Positions 29,818 to 38,469 of a DNA stretch of 64,000 nucleotides are shown in pieces. This stretch comes from Elusimicrobiota bacterium (lineage in GTDB: Bacteria > Elusimicrobiota > Elusimicrobia > Elusimicrobiales > UBA9959): contig JAINCQ010000021.1 in NCBI GenBank assembly GCA_036574205.1, positions 18,794-82,793 of the forward strand, in the 5' to 3' direction. Each line of letters opens with the position of its first letter. Position 1 is the first letter of the stretch. Below the pieces are notes generated by a model. That model did no database searches, was not told where the DNA came from, and saw only the letters and a list, made by a program, of their open reading frames with translations. The position numbers were made by a program, and so were the translations under genes.

Positions 29818-31787
29818 AAAGGCTTGCTTTTGTTGTTCATAATCATCAGCCTGTTGGAAATTTTGATAATGTCATAAGAGAGGCATTTGAAAAAAGCTAT
29901 AAACCTTTTGTTGATGTGGTTTATTCTCTTGCCTACCCAAAGGTTTGTTTTCATTTTTCTGGAATTCTTTATGATTGGCTTTCTAAGAATGAGCCCCTTT
30001 ATCTTGAAAAGATAAAAGAGATGGTCAAAAGAAATCAAATTGAGATTCTCTCTGGTGGCTATTATGAACCGATACTCAGTGTTATTTGTGAGCGAGATAG
30101 GGTTTCTCAGATAAGAAAAATGAGCGATTACATAGTAAAGAAATTTGATTTTCATCCAATGGGACTCTGGCTTACTGAAAGAGTTTATAATCCTGCTATT
30201 TTAAAAAGTTTAAGAGAATGTGGAATAAAATATACTCTTGTGGATGACACAAGCCTTTTTTTATCTGTGGTTTATCAAGATAAGGTTAATGATTGTTTTA
30301 TAACTGAGTATGAAGGGGAGAGAATTAATATCTTTACTATAAATCATAAGCTTAGATATCTTATCCCATATCAAGAGGCTTTTAAAACAGTTGAGTATAT
30401 AAATGGATCAGATGGTGAGATCTTTGTTATGGCTGATGATGGAGAAAAGTTTGGCTTGTGGCCCAAAAGCTATAAACTTGTTTATGAGGAGAAATGGCTT
30501 ATCAATTTTTTTGAAACAATTAAAAATTCCAATATAGAGATGACCCGCCTTTGTGATTTTATAGAAGAAAAAAAAGGAGCGAAAAAACTTGTATATATTC
30601 CCAATACATCATATTTTGAACTTTCACAATGGGCACTTGATGCTGATGATTCTTTTAATATAAGTGAGTTCAAAAGAAAATCTTCTACTGAATTTGAAAA
30701 ATTTATAAAGGGTGGATTTTTTGAAAATTTTTTTGTTAAGTATCCACAGGCAAATTTAATTCATAAAAGAAATCTTTTTGTCAGCAATCTTTTAAGCCAG
30801 AATTATGACCCGGTTGCAGAAAACCATCTACATATGGCGCAGTGTAACTGCGGATGGTGGCATGGTGTTTTTGGAGGCATTTATCTTCCACATATAAGAA
30901 TGGCTATTTATGAAAATCTTTTGAAGGCTCAAAAAATAGTTTTTAATAAATCAAAAAATGCTATTCAATTTGAAAAGAAAGATATTGATTTTGACGGAGC
31001 TGAAGATTTGTTGATAGAGACAGATAATAATTTTTTTATAATATCTCCTTCTTATGGCGGATCTATAACTGAGTTTTCAAGTAAAAACAGGTTTGTAAAT
31101 TACTCATGTATTATGGACAGAAGGAAGGAGGCGTATCATTTAACCAATTCATCCGATATAAATGGCAATAGAGTTAAGTTTGAATTTGGAAAAAATATTT
31201 TTTATGACTGGCATAGAAGAGCGTTTCTTTTAGATCACTTTCTTTCAGAGGGGACGAAGATTGATGATTTTATGAAACTCACATATGGCGAGGTTGGAGA
31301 TTTTATCCCTCAGCCATATAAATATTCAGTTGCGCTCAAAGATGATATGATGGAAGTTTTTCTTTCAAGAGACGGAGTTGTGTGGGATAAAGACAGAAAG
31401 GTTGATGTTAGTATATATAAAAAAATAATTATTAAACAAGGTATAGACGGTTTTAGATCGGAGTATTCGATAGTTAATAGATCAGATTTTAAAGCAAGAT
31501 TTACTTCAGCCACTGAGATGGTTTTCGCTTTTTCAAATATAAATGTGGCGCCTTTTGGCGAAGTAAATGGAGTTTCCGAATATATTTTTCATGATTCTGT
31601 TAGAGGTAATATAAAACTTTCATTTTCTATTCCTGTTAAGCTATGGATTTTTCCGATAGAGACTATTTCCAATTCTGAAAATGGTGTTGAGAAAACCTAT
31701 CAGGGTTCGGTGGTTTGTTGTGTGTTTGAGCGTGATTATGAATCTAAAGAATCTTTTAATTTTTCTTTTGAGGTGCTTGTTTTATGA
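29814..31787 (+). CDS. GH57 alpha-amylase / 4-alpha-glucanotransferase
   Basis: HNHQP, GGYYEP, WLTERV (nucleophile Glu region), DDGEKFG (acid/base Asp region), WHGVFGGIYLPH, SENGVEKTYQG. Confidence 0.9.
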   Translation: MKRLAFVVHNHQPVGNFDNVIREAFEKSYKPFVDVVYSLAYPKVCFHFSGILYDWLSKNEPLYLEKIKEMVKRNQIEILSGGYYEPILSVICERDRVSQIRKMSDYIVKKFDFHPMGLWLTERVYNPAILKSLRECGIKYTLVDDTSLFLSVVYQDKVNDCFITEYEGERINIFTINHKLRYLIPYQEAFKTVEYINGSDGEIFVMADDGEKFGLWPKSYKLVYEEKWLINFFETIKNSNIEMTRLCDFIEEKKGAKKLVYIPNTSYFELSQWALDADDSFNISEFKRKSSTEFEKFIKGGFFENFFVKYPQANLIHKRNLFVSNLLSQNYDPVAENHLHMAQCNCGWWHGVFGGIYLPHIRMAIYENLLKAQKIVFNKSKNAIQFEKKDIDFDGAEDLLIETDNNFFIISPSYGGSITEFSSKNRFVNYSCIMDRRKEAYHLTNSSDINGNRVKFEFGKNIFYDWHRRAFLLDHFLSEGTKIDDFMKLTYGEVGDFIPQPYKYSVALKDDMMEVFLSRDGVVWDKDRKVDVSIYKKIIIKQGIDGFRSEYSIVNRSDFKARFTSATEMVFAFSNINVAPFGEVNGVSEYIFHDSVRGNIKLSFSIPVKLWIFPIETISNSENGVEKTYQGSVVCCVFERDYESKESFNFSFEVLVL

Positions 31788-32380
31788 GGGTTTTTTGGGT
31801 TATACTTATTTCTTCTTTGATAAATCTTGATAATGCAAGTGCGTTTCAGTTTCTTATCTCAAGACCTTCTTTTGTCGGTTCGCTTTGTGGATATATATTC
31901 GGTTTTCCAGTTGAGGGATTTTTAATCGGGGTTCTTCTTGAGTTAGTTATATTAGATTTTACTCCTGTTGGAGGATTTACCATACCAAATGGAACTGTGG
32001 CAGCATGTGTTTCGGTGCTACTCCTTTCAAAGACAAATCCATATCTGGCTTTTTTTGCGGGATTAGTTTCTGGTGTTCTTTATTCAGTTGTTGAAAAATA
32101 TTTAAGGCTTTTTAATTCTAAGTTTAATTTGCTTCTTGATAATCAAATTAAAAAAGGTGATTACAATTTTGGTAAGTTGATAATTTTAGCGCTCGTAATG
32201 GAAACTGTTATTTCTTTTGTTTTTATATCTTTATGTTATTATATCTTTTCATTTGTGGTTTCAAATCTTAATTTTGTTTATCTGACAAAAGTTTTTAGAC
32301 TTTCGGTTTTTGGAACGGTTTTTGTGACTCTTACTTCACTTTATTTCAAATTTAGAACGCAGGTAGCTAAAAATGATTAG
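31784..32380 (+). CDS. PTS mannose-family EIIC, short and divergent
   Basis: Hydrophobic; LD..AFQFLISRP, G..LEL, PVGG..P. Confidence 0.8.
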   Translation: MRVFWVILISSLINLDNASAFQFLISRPSFVGSLCGYIFGFPVEGFLIGVLLELVILDFTPVGGFTIPNGTVAACVSVLLLSKTNPYLAFFAGLVSGVLYSVVEKYLRLFNSKFNLLLDNQIKKGDYNFGKLIILALVMETVISFVFISLCYYIFSFVVSNLNFVYLTKVFRLSVFGTVFVTLTSLYFKFRTQVAKND

Positions 32381-33155
32381 TTTTATTGACAGAGTTTATT
32401 TGCTTTTCAGAAGTTTTTTTCTTCAAGCAGTTTTTAATTATGAGAGATTTCAGAATATAGGTTTTCTTTTTTCAATTGCTCCTTTAATTAAGAAAACATT
32501 GAGAGAAGCGGAAGTTAAAGGTCTATTTGAAAGGCATAGCGAGATATTCAATACCCAGCCTTATATGTCTTGTTTTGTAATGGGAAATATATTAAAAATG
32601 GAATTAGAAAGGAAAGATAAGGATGAGATAAAGAATATAAAGCAGTCTCTTGCATGTGCTTATGCCTCTGTGGGAGACAGAATATTCTGGTCAAGGCTTA
32701 GAGTCATTCTTGCTGAGACGACATTTATTATATTTGTGCCTGTATATTTCTGGTTTTCTCAAACAAGTTTGATTGAGGGGATAGCAGTTTCAGTATTAAC
32801 TCCAACAATTTTTTATATTTCATATACATTATATATAAGATATATAGGAATAGTTTATGGTATTGAATGCGGTGGAAGCAAGAATTGTGGACTTGATAAG
32901 TTCAACTGGAATAAAATCATCAGAATTTTTAGCAGGGTGGCTTTTTTTATGACTGTTTTGCTTTACATAATAGCATTATTTTTATATGGTTTCTTTTATA
33001 TAAGCTTGCCGGATATTAAAGAAACTATTATTTATCTTTCTTTACCTTTTTGCGCTTTTTTCATTCAGAGATATTTCAGGAAAGATAAAAAAAATATATT
33101 TTATCCAATAACAGCTATGATTCTTCTTTCTTTTTTATTTGGGTTTTTTGTATGA
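32373..33155 (+). CDS. PTS mannose-family EIID
   Basis: RSFFLQAVFNYERFQNIGF, RH..FNTQP, ASVGDRIFW. Confidence 0.85.
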   Translation: MISFIDRVYLLFRSFFLQAVFNYERFQNIGFLFSIAPLIKKTLREAEVKGLFERHSEIFNTQPYMSCFVMGNILKMELERKDKDEIKNIKQSLACAYASVGDRIFWSRLRVILAETTFIIFVPVYFWFSQTSLIEGIAVSVLTPTIFYISYTLYIRYIGIVYGIECGGSKNCGLDKFNWNKIIRIFSRVAFFMTVLLYIIALFLYGFFYISLPDIKETIIYLSLPFCAFFIQRYFRKDKKNIFYPITAMILLSFLFGFFV

Positions 33156-33418
33156 TTAAAAAGGAAATAATTGTAAAAAACGAGCAAGGATTACATGCCA
33201 AGCCATGTGGAATGATATCCAATGTTGCTATGAAGTTTTCATCAGAAATAAAGATTGTTAGAGATGGTTATGAGGTTAATGCAAAAAGCGTGATGGGATT
33301 ATTAACACTTGCTGCCTCTAAAGGTAGTTCGGTTATTATTGTTGCAGATGGTCCAGATGAAAAGGATGCTATAAATGAACTTGAGGCTCTTTTTGAATCT
33401 AAGTTTGACGAGGAATAG
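33152..33418 (+). CDS. ptsH: Phosphocarrier protein HPr
   Basis: GLHAKP (His15), NAKSVMGLLTLAA (Ser46). Confidence 0.93.
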   Translation: MIKKEIIVKNEQGLHAKPCGMISNVAMKFSSEIKIVRDGYEVNAKSVMGLLTLAASKGSSVIIVADGPDEKDAINELEALFESKFDEE

Positions 33419-33421
33419 TAT

Positions 33422-35158
33422 ATGATTATAAAAAGAGGTATTGGTGTAAATATAGGTATAGCAATGGGGAAGGTTTATCTTGCCAGAGAGGAAAATATTG
33501 TTGTTGAAAAAAAATTCATTCCGAAGGAAAAAATAAAGGATGAGATAAACAGGTATAAGATAGCCATTGCAAAAACCAAAGAGGAACTTGATAGCATAAG
33601 GACTCAGGTTTTAAACGCTCTTGGAAAACAGCATGCCAGACTTATAGATGCTCACTCAATGATATTAAAAGACCCGCTTATAACTAAGGATGTGATAAAT
33701 CTTATAAGCATGCAAAGATATAATGCAGAATATGCGTTGTCTGTTAAGATAGAGGAAGTACTTAAAAAATTTGATAAGATAAACGATGCGTTTTTTCTTG
33801 AAAGGAAAAACGAAATACTGGATGTTTCAAGAAAAATAATATTCAATCTGACAAATGCTTCAATAAGTTTTTTAAAGGATATAAAAGAACCAATAATTTT
33901 AGTTGCCAATAACATATATCCGTCGGATCTTTTAAATATACGAAAGTCTCCAAATATACTTGCTTTTTGCATAAACCTGGGTTCAAAGACAAGTCATACT
34001 GCAATATTTGCTCAGAATATGGGAATCCCGGCTGTTGTTGGACTTGGCGATATAACTAAAATAGCAAAAAATGGAGATTTTATAATAGTAAATGGAGAAG
34101 ATGGCAACGTTATAATAGACCCTACCCCTGAGATGATAGAAGCTTTTAAAAAGAAAAAGGAACAACTTCATAAAAATGAGAGTTATCTTGCGAAAATAAA
34201 AAAACTTCCAACTATTACCAGAGATAATAGAAAAATAAGTCTTATGATAAATCTGGATAGCCAGGATAATCTAGATGAATATAAAAATTCTAATTCTGAT
34301 GGGATAGGGCTTTTCAGGACTGAATTCCTTTATTTAAACCGCGATAATATACCTTGTGAAGATGAACAGATGGATGTTTACAGGAGGGTTCTTACCAGTG
34401 TCCCTTCTTTACCTGTTGTAATAAGAACAGCTGATATAGGAGCGGATAAAATCTCCAATATAGGTATTAAAGAAATAGTCAATGAAACAAATCCATTTAT
34501 GGGTTTTCGTGGGATAAGGCTTTTTTTAAGATATCCTGATTTATTAAAAACCCAGATTAGAGCCATATATAGAGCTTCCCCGGATACAAATGTAAGTATT
34601 ATGATTCCGATGATAACATCTGTTGACGAAATTATTCAGGTTAAAAACATAATAGATGACATAAAGAAAGAGCTTTCCCTTAAATCCATAGAATATAAAC
34701 CGGATATTCCTATAGGGGTTATGATAGAAGTCCCATCAAGCGCTATAATAATTGATCAGATACTTGATAATGTGGATTTTGTTTCCGTAGGAACTAACGA
34801 TTTAATACAATATCTTCTTGCGGTTGACAGGGTTAATCAGTATGTAAGCAGTATGTATGATCCATTCCATCCAGCAGTTTTAAGAATCTTAAATCTGATA
34901 TTTCAGACAGCCCATAAAAAAGGGAAAAAGGTTTCAGTTTGCGGGGAAATGGCTTCTGATCCGCTTGGTATGATGGCGCTTATTTCTCTTGGGGTTGACA
35001 GCCTTTCTGTTCCTTTGAAATTGTTCCTTAAATTAAAACAACATATAAGAGATTTGAATTATGAAAGACTTATTTCACTTTCAACGACAATACTTAATAC
35101 TGATGATTCAAGCAAGATAATAGAAATTCTTCAAAATGAAATAATACATGAACACTAA
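33422..35158 (+). CDS. ptsI: PTS enzyme I
   Basis: TSHTAI, GIGLFRTEFL, NPFMGFRGIR, GTNDLIQY, CGEMA. Confidence 0.95.
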   Translation: MIIKRGIGVNIGIAMGKVYLAREENIVVEKKFIPKEKIKDEINRYKIAIAKTKEELDSIRTQVLNALGKQHARLIDAHSMILKDPLITKDVINLISMQRYNAEYALSVKIEEVLKKFDKINDAFFLERKNEILDVSRKIIFNLTNASISFLKDIKEPIILVANNIYPSDLLNIRKSPNILAFCINLGSKTSHTAIFAQNMGIPAVVGLGDITKIAKNGDFIIVNGEDGNVIIDPTPEMIEAFKKKKEQLHKNESYLAKIKKLPTITRDNRKISLMINLDSQDNLDEYKNSNSDGIGLFRTEFLYLNRDNIPCEDEQMDVYRRVLTSVPSLPVVIRTADIGADKISNIGIKEIVNETNPFMGFRGIRLFLRYPDLLKTQIRAIYRASPDTNVSIMIPMITSVDEIIQVKNIIDDIKKELSLKSIEYKPDIPIGVMIEVPSSAIIIDQILDNVDFVSVGTNDLIQYLLAVDRVNQYVSSMYDPFHPAVLRILNLIFQTAHKKGKKVSVCGEMASDPLGMMALISLGVDSLSVPLKLFLKLKQHIRDLNYERLISLSTTILNTDDSSKIIEILQNEIIHEH

Positions 35159-36974
35159 TTTAATTAGAAATTTTTCTATAATAGCTCATATAGACCATGG
35201 AAAATCCACTCTGGCTGACAGGATTATAGAGATTACAAAAGCTATTCCTGATAGGATGATGAAAGAGCAATTTCTTGATGCAATGGAGCTTGAAAGAGAG
35301 CGAGGTATAACCATAAAGGCGAAATCCATAAGGATGAATTATTATGCTCAAAATACTAAAAGATATATATTTAATCTTATAGACACTCCTGGACATGTGG
35401 ATTTTTCATATGAGGTTTCAAGGGCACTTTATGCCTGTGAGGGAGCGATTCTTTTAGTGGATGCTACTCAAGGGGTTGAGGCTCAAACTCTGGCTCATGC
35501 GCAACTGGCGATGTCGCTTGGACTTAAGATAATTCCAGTTATTAACAAAATAGATTTAGAACATAGTGATGTTGAGATGGCTCAAGAGCAGATATGGGAA
35601 ATTTTAAAGGCACCACTTGAATGCTCCTTTATAAGTGCAAAGACCGGGGAAAATGTTAAAGAGCTTCTTGAAAGGATTGTAAAGGAAGTTCCTCAGCCTT
35701 CAGGAGATATAAACTCTAATCTAAAAGCTCTTATTTTCGATTCAATTTATGATAGTTATAAAGGCGTTATAGTTTTTGTAAGACTTTTTGATGGACAAAT
35801 CAAAATAGGCGATTTCATAACAATGAATTCTACTGGCAAGTCATATAAGGTTGAAGAGGTTGGATATCTTATGCCAGCTATGGTTTCTTCAAATGTTCTA
35901 TATGCTGGAGAGGTTGGATATGTAATTGCAGGAATAAAAAATATACACGACATAAAAATAGGAGATACAATTTATCACAAAGACAAAGAGGTTAAAGCGC
36001 TTGAAGGGTTTAAGGAGGTTAATCCAGTAGTTTTTGCAGGGATTTTTCCAGTTAACACATCTGATTATAATCTTCTTAAAAATGCGATTGAAAAGCTGAA
36101 CCTTACTGATTCTTCCTTTTCATATCAGGGAGAGACATCGAAAGCTCTTGGTTTTGGATTTAGAGCAGGTTTTATGGGACTTTTGCATCTTGATATAATA
36201 AGGCAAAGAATAGAAAGAGAGTTTAACATACCTCTTATAGTTACAAATCCAAATGTTATATACAAAGTTAAAACTAAAGTGAATATAAATTCAAAACATA
36301 GTAAAATTGTGGAGGTTAGAAATCCTTCCGAGTTTCCTCATTATGGTGAGGTTTTAGAGGTTTATGAACCTTATGTTGAGGCAAGAATAATAACTCCCCT
36401 TGAATTTATGGAAAATGTCATAAATCTTTTAAAGGAAAAAAGAGGAGTTCATAAAAAAATAGATTATATATCTTCAAAAAGGGTAGTTCTGAATTATGAA
36501 CTACCGTTAAGTGAAATAGTAATAGATTTTTACGATAAACTTAAATCTTGCTCTAAAGGTTATGCATCTTTTGATTATGAGCACTGTGGTTATAGACCTG
36601 GAGATATTGTAAAGGTTGAAATACTCATACATGGCGAGGTTGTTGATGCTCTTTCTTTTATGACTCATCGTTTAAGAGCTCAGATTCAATCCAGGGAAAT
36701 ATGTGAAAGGCTTAAAAATATTATACCAAGGCATTTATTTGAAATAGCAATACAGGCAAGGGTTGATGGCAAGATAATAACAAGGGAAACAATAAGCGCA
36801 TTGAGAAAAGATGTTCTTGCTAAATGTTATGGTGGTGATATAACAAGGAAAAGAAAACTTCTTGAGAAGCAGAAGGAGGGAAAAAGAAGAATGAAATTGG
36901 TTGGTAGTGTCGAAATCCCTCAGGAAGCTTTTATAAATGTTTTAAGAAACAGCAAAAAAGAAGAAAAAAATTAA
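35148..36974 (+). CDS. lepA: Elongation factor 4
   Basis: IAHIDHGKSTLAD, RKDVLAKCYGGDITRKRKLL. Confidence 0.97.
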   Translation: MNTNLIRNFSIIAHIDHGKSTLADRIIEITKAIPDRMMKEQFLDAMELERERGITIKAKSIRMNYYAQNTKRYIFNLIDTPGHVDFSYEVSRALYACEGAILLVDATQGVEAQTLAHAQLAMSLGLKIIPVINKIDLEHSDVEMAQEQIWEILKAPLECSFISAKTGENVKELLERIVKEVPQPSGDINSNLKALIFDSIYDSYKGVIVFVRLFDGQIKIGDFITMNSTGKSYKVEEVGYLMPAMVSSNVLYAGEVGYVIAGIKNIHDIKIGDTIYHKDKEVKALEGFKEVNPVVFAGIFPVNTSDYNLLKNAIEKLNLTDSSFSYQGETSKALGFGFRAGFMGLLHLDIIRQRIEREFNIPLIVTNPNVIYKVKTKVNINSKHSKIVEVRNPSEFPHYGEVLEVYEPYVEARIITPLEFMENVINLLKEKRGVHKKIDYISSKRVVLNYELPLSEIVIDFYDKLKSCSKGYASFDYEHCGYRPGDIVKVEILIHGEVVDALSFMTHRLRAQIQSREICERLKNIIPRHLFEIAIQARVDGKIITRETISALRKDVLAKCYGGDITRKRKLLEKQKEGKRRMKLVGSVEIPQEAFINVLRNSKKEEKN

Positions 36975-37035
36975 AAAATTTAAGCCTCTAGGCTGATAAA
37001 TAAAAATATATTTCAATTTTTTATCCAGAATTATT

Positions 37036-37055
37036 AACATCCACAGTTTAACCAC
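37036..37055. repeat. Left half of the dispersed palindromic element
   Basis: AACATCCACAGTTTAACCAC, identical over 20 nt to 19752-19771. Confidence 0.85.
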
Positions 37056-37102
37056 AATATTACCTTCCTTAGATGGTTTAACTGCTATGTCCCCTCTCCT
37101 TT

Positions 37103-37215
37103 TTTTCACCCTCACCTTAATCCTCTCCCATCAAGGGAGAGGAAAATAAGTATTAGCAAGGGGATTTAATTTTTCATCCTCACCCTTCACCTTCCCCCCA
37201 TCAAGGGGGAAGGAA
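37103..37215 (+). repeat. Two tandem BoxC-like pyrimidine-leader hairpin repeats
   Basis: TTTTCACCCTCACCTTAA-TCCTCTCCC-ATCAA-GGGAGAGGA and TTTTCATCCTCACCCTTCA-CCTTCCCCC-CATCAA-GGGGGAAGG; 9-bp stems with compensatory changes. Confidence 0.8.
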
Positions 37216-37268
37216 CAGTTTGATCTTTCTGGAAGGTAAAACCAGGTTTTGTTTGGGTTAAAAAACAA

Positions 37269-37311
37269 TTATCCACAGTTTAATTATGGCCGTGTAAAAT
37301 TAACGGATGTT
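37269..37311. repeat. Dispersed palindromic element, copy B (degenerate)
   Basis: TTATCCACAGTTTAATTATGGCCGTGTAAAATTAACGGATGTT. Confidence 0.85.
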
Positions 37312-37403
37312 TGTTTTTTGGGTTTAAGTTGAGTAATAATTGAGTATTTTAAATTAATTTTAATATTTTTATATTGATTTGAGGAAACTTAAAAAAGTGA
37401 AGA

Positions 37404-37727
37404 TTAAAAACTATATGTATATCTTGTGTTTAAAATAACTTCGTTTGTTTTTGTTGAAGATATTTTATTATTGGTGGATTTTATTCCAGTTCCCAGAGAG
37501 ATTTTAGAATTTTTTGTTTTAGCCCATAAAACCTCAATAGCAGATTTTCCATTTCTGTAAACAGTTGTAATAAAAGTAATTCCATAGTCTGTTTGTGTTA
37601 AATTTACAGTAAGCGTTGAGACATTGGTAATACTGTTTCCAGGCATATTTAGGGTTGTTGCAATAAGTATTCCAAAATTATCTCCAACAATTGTAAGAGA
37701 AGATTGCCAGCTTGCGCTACTTCTCCT
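37404..37727 (-). pseudogene. Probable remnant of a surface/outer-membrane protein gene
   Basis: Frame is open 27 codons upstream of Met 37646 up to a TAA; S/T/N-rich; ends NTRYTYSF like a beta-barrel C-terminus; no signal peptide. Confidence 0.4.
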
Positions 37728-37797
37728 TTAGATACGAGGATATATAACCATGACGTTTCATATTAATGTTGCACAAAATTTTGTATAATTTAACATT

Positions 37798-37989
37798 ATG
37801 GCTTATAAATGTGAAATATGTGGAAAATCAGCAAAGAGCGGTAAAAGTTATAGCCATTCAAATAAAGCTTCAATAAGAAAATTTAAACCGAACCTGCAAA
37901 AACAGAAAATTTTAATTAATGGAAAAGTAAAAAGTTGCTATATCTGTACTACTTGCATAAAAAGCAACAGGATTATTAAAGCAGTCTAA
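37798..37989 (+). CDS. rpmB: 50S ribosomal protein L28 (Cys-containing form)
   Basis: CEICGK...SHS...RKFKPNLQ...CTTC. Confidence 0.95.
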   Translation: MAYKCEICGKSAKSGKSYSHSNKASIRKFKPNLQKQKILINGKVKSCYICTTCIKSNRIIKAV

Positions 37990-38026
37990 TGGCTTAACCG
38001 CTTCTTTTAAAAAAGTAACAAGACTA

Positions 38027-38055
38027 TTGACAAAAAGAGTGTAAATTATTATTAT
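38027..38055 (+). promoter_or_regulatory. Near-consensus sigma70 promoter of the SWIB gene
   Basis: TTGACA (38027-38032), 17 nt, TATTAT (38050-38055); SD AGGAGG downstream. Confidence 0.8.
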
Positions 38056-38089
38056 TGTATTTATAGAATTAATTTAGCAGGAGGAAACA

Positions 38090-38359
38090 ATGGCATCAAA
38101 AACAAAAAGAACGCCGAACGCAAAATTCATGGCGCCTGTTACACCGGACGAGGTACTTGGTGAGATAGTTGGGTCAAAACCACTTCCAAGAACCCAGATA
38201 ACAAAAAAAATATGGGACTACATAAAGAAAAACGGTTTGCAGGACAAGAAAAATAGAAGGATGATAAATACAGATGAGAAGCTCAGCAAAGTGTTTGGCG
38301 GGAAAAAACAGATAAGCATGTTTGAAATTGCTGTTTATGTAAAAAAACATACAAAATAA
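38090..38359 (+). CDS. Standalone SWIB/MDM2-domain protein
   Basis: L.EIVG..PLPRTQITKKIWDYIKKNGLQD..NRRMINTDEKL..VFG....MFE. Confidence 0.9.
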   Translation: MASKTKRTPNAKFMAPVTPDEVLGEIVGSKPLPRTQITKKIWDYIKKNGLQDKKNRRMINTDEKLSKVFGGKKQISMFEIAVYVKKHTK

Positions 38360-38380
38360 GAACAGGCTTATAGTTATAAG

Positions 38381-38419
38381 AAAAGGAGCGAGCTTTAATA
38401 TGTTCGCTCCTTTTTTTTT
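38381..38419 (+). terminator. Intrinsic terminator after the SWIB gene
   Basis: AAAA-GGAGCGAGC-loop-GTTCGCTCC followed by T9. Confidence 0.85.
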
Positions 38420-38469
38420 GCAAAATAAAAAATAATATAATAGAATTTTAGGATAAAGGAGTGGTGATT

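Noticed and set aside
36975..37403. oriC, suggested by TTATCCACA (37269) and TTATCCAGA (37021)
   Set aside because: Only one perfect box, which is part of the dispersed repeat; no dense DnaA-box cluster and no dnaA/dnaN/gidA context
37696..37730. tRNA-like 5' sequence on the minus strand (GGAGAAGTAGCGCAAGCTGG)
   Set aside because: No anticodon arm, no TTC T-loop and no acceptor-stem closure at tRNA length
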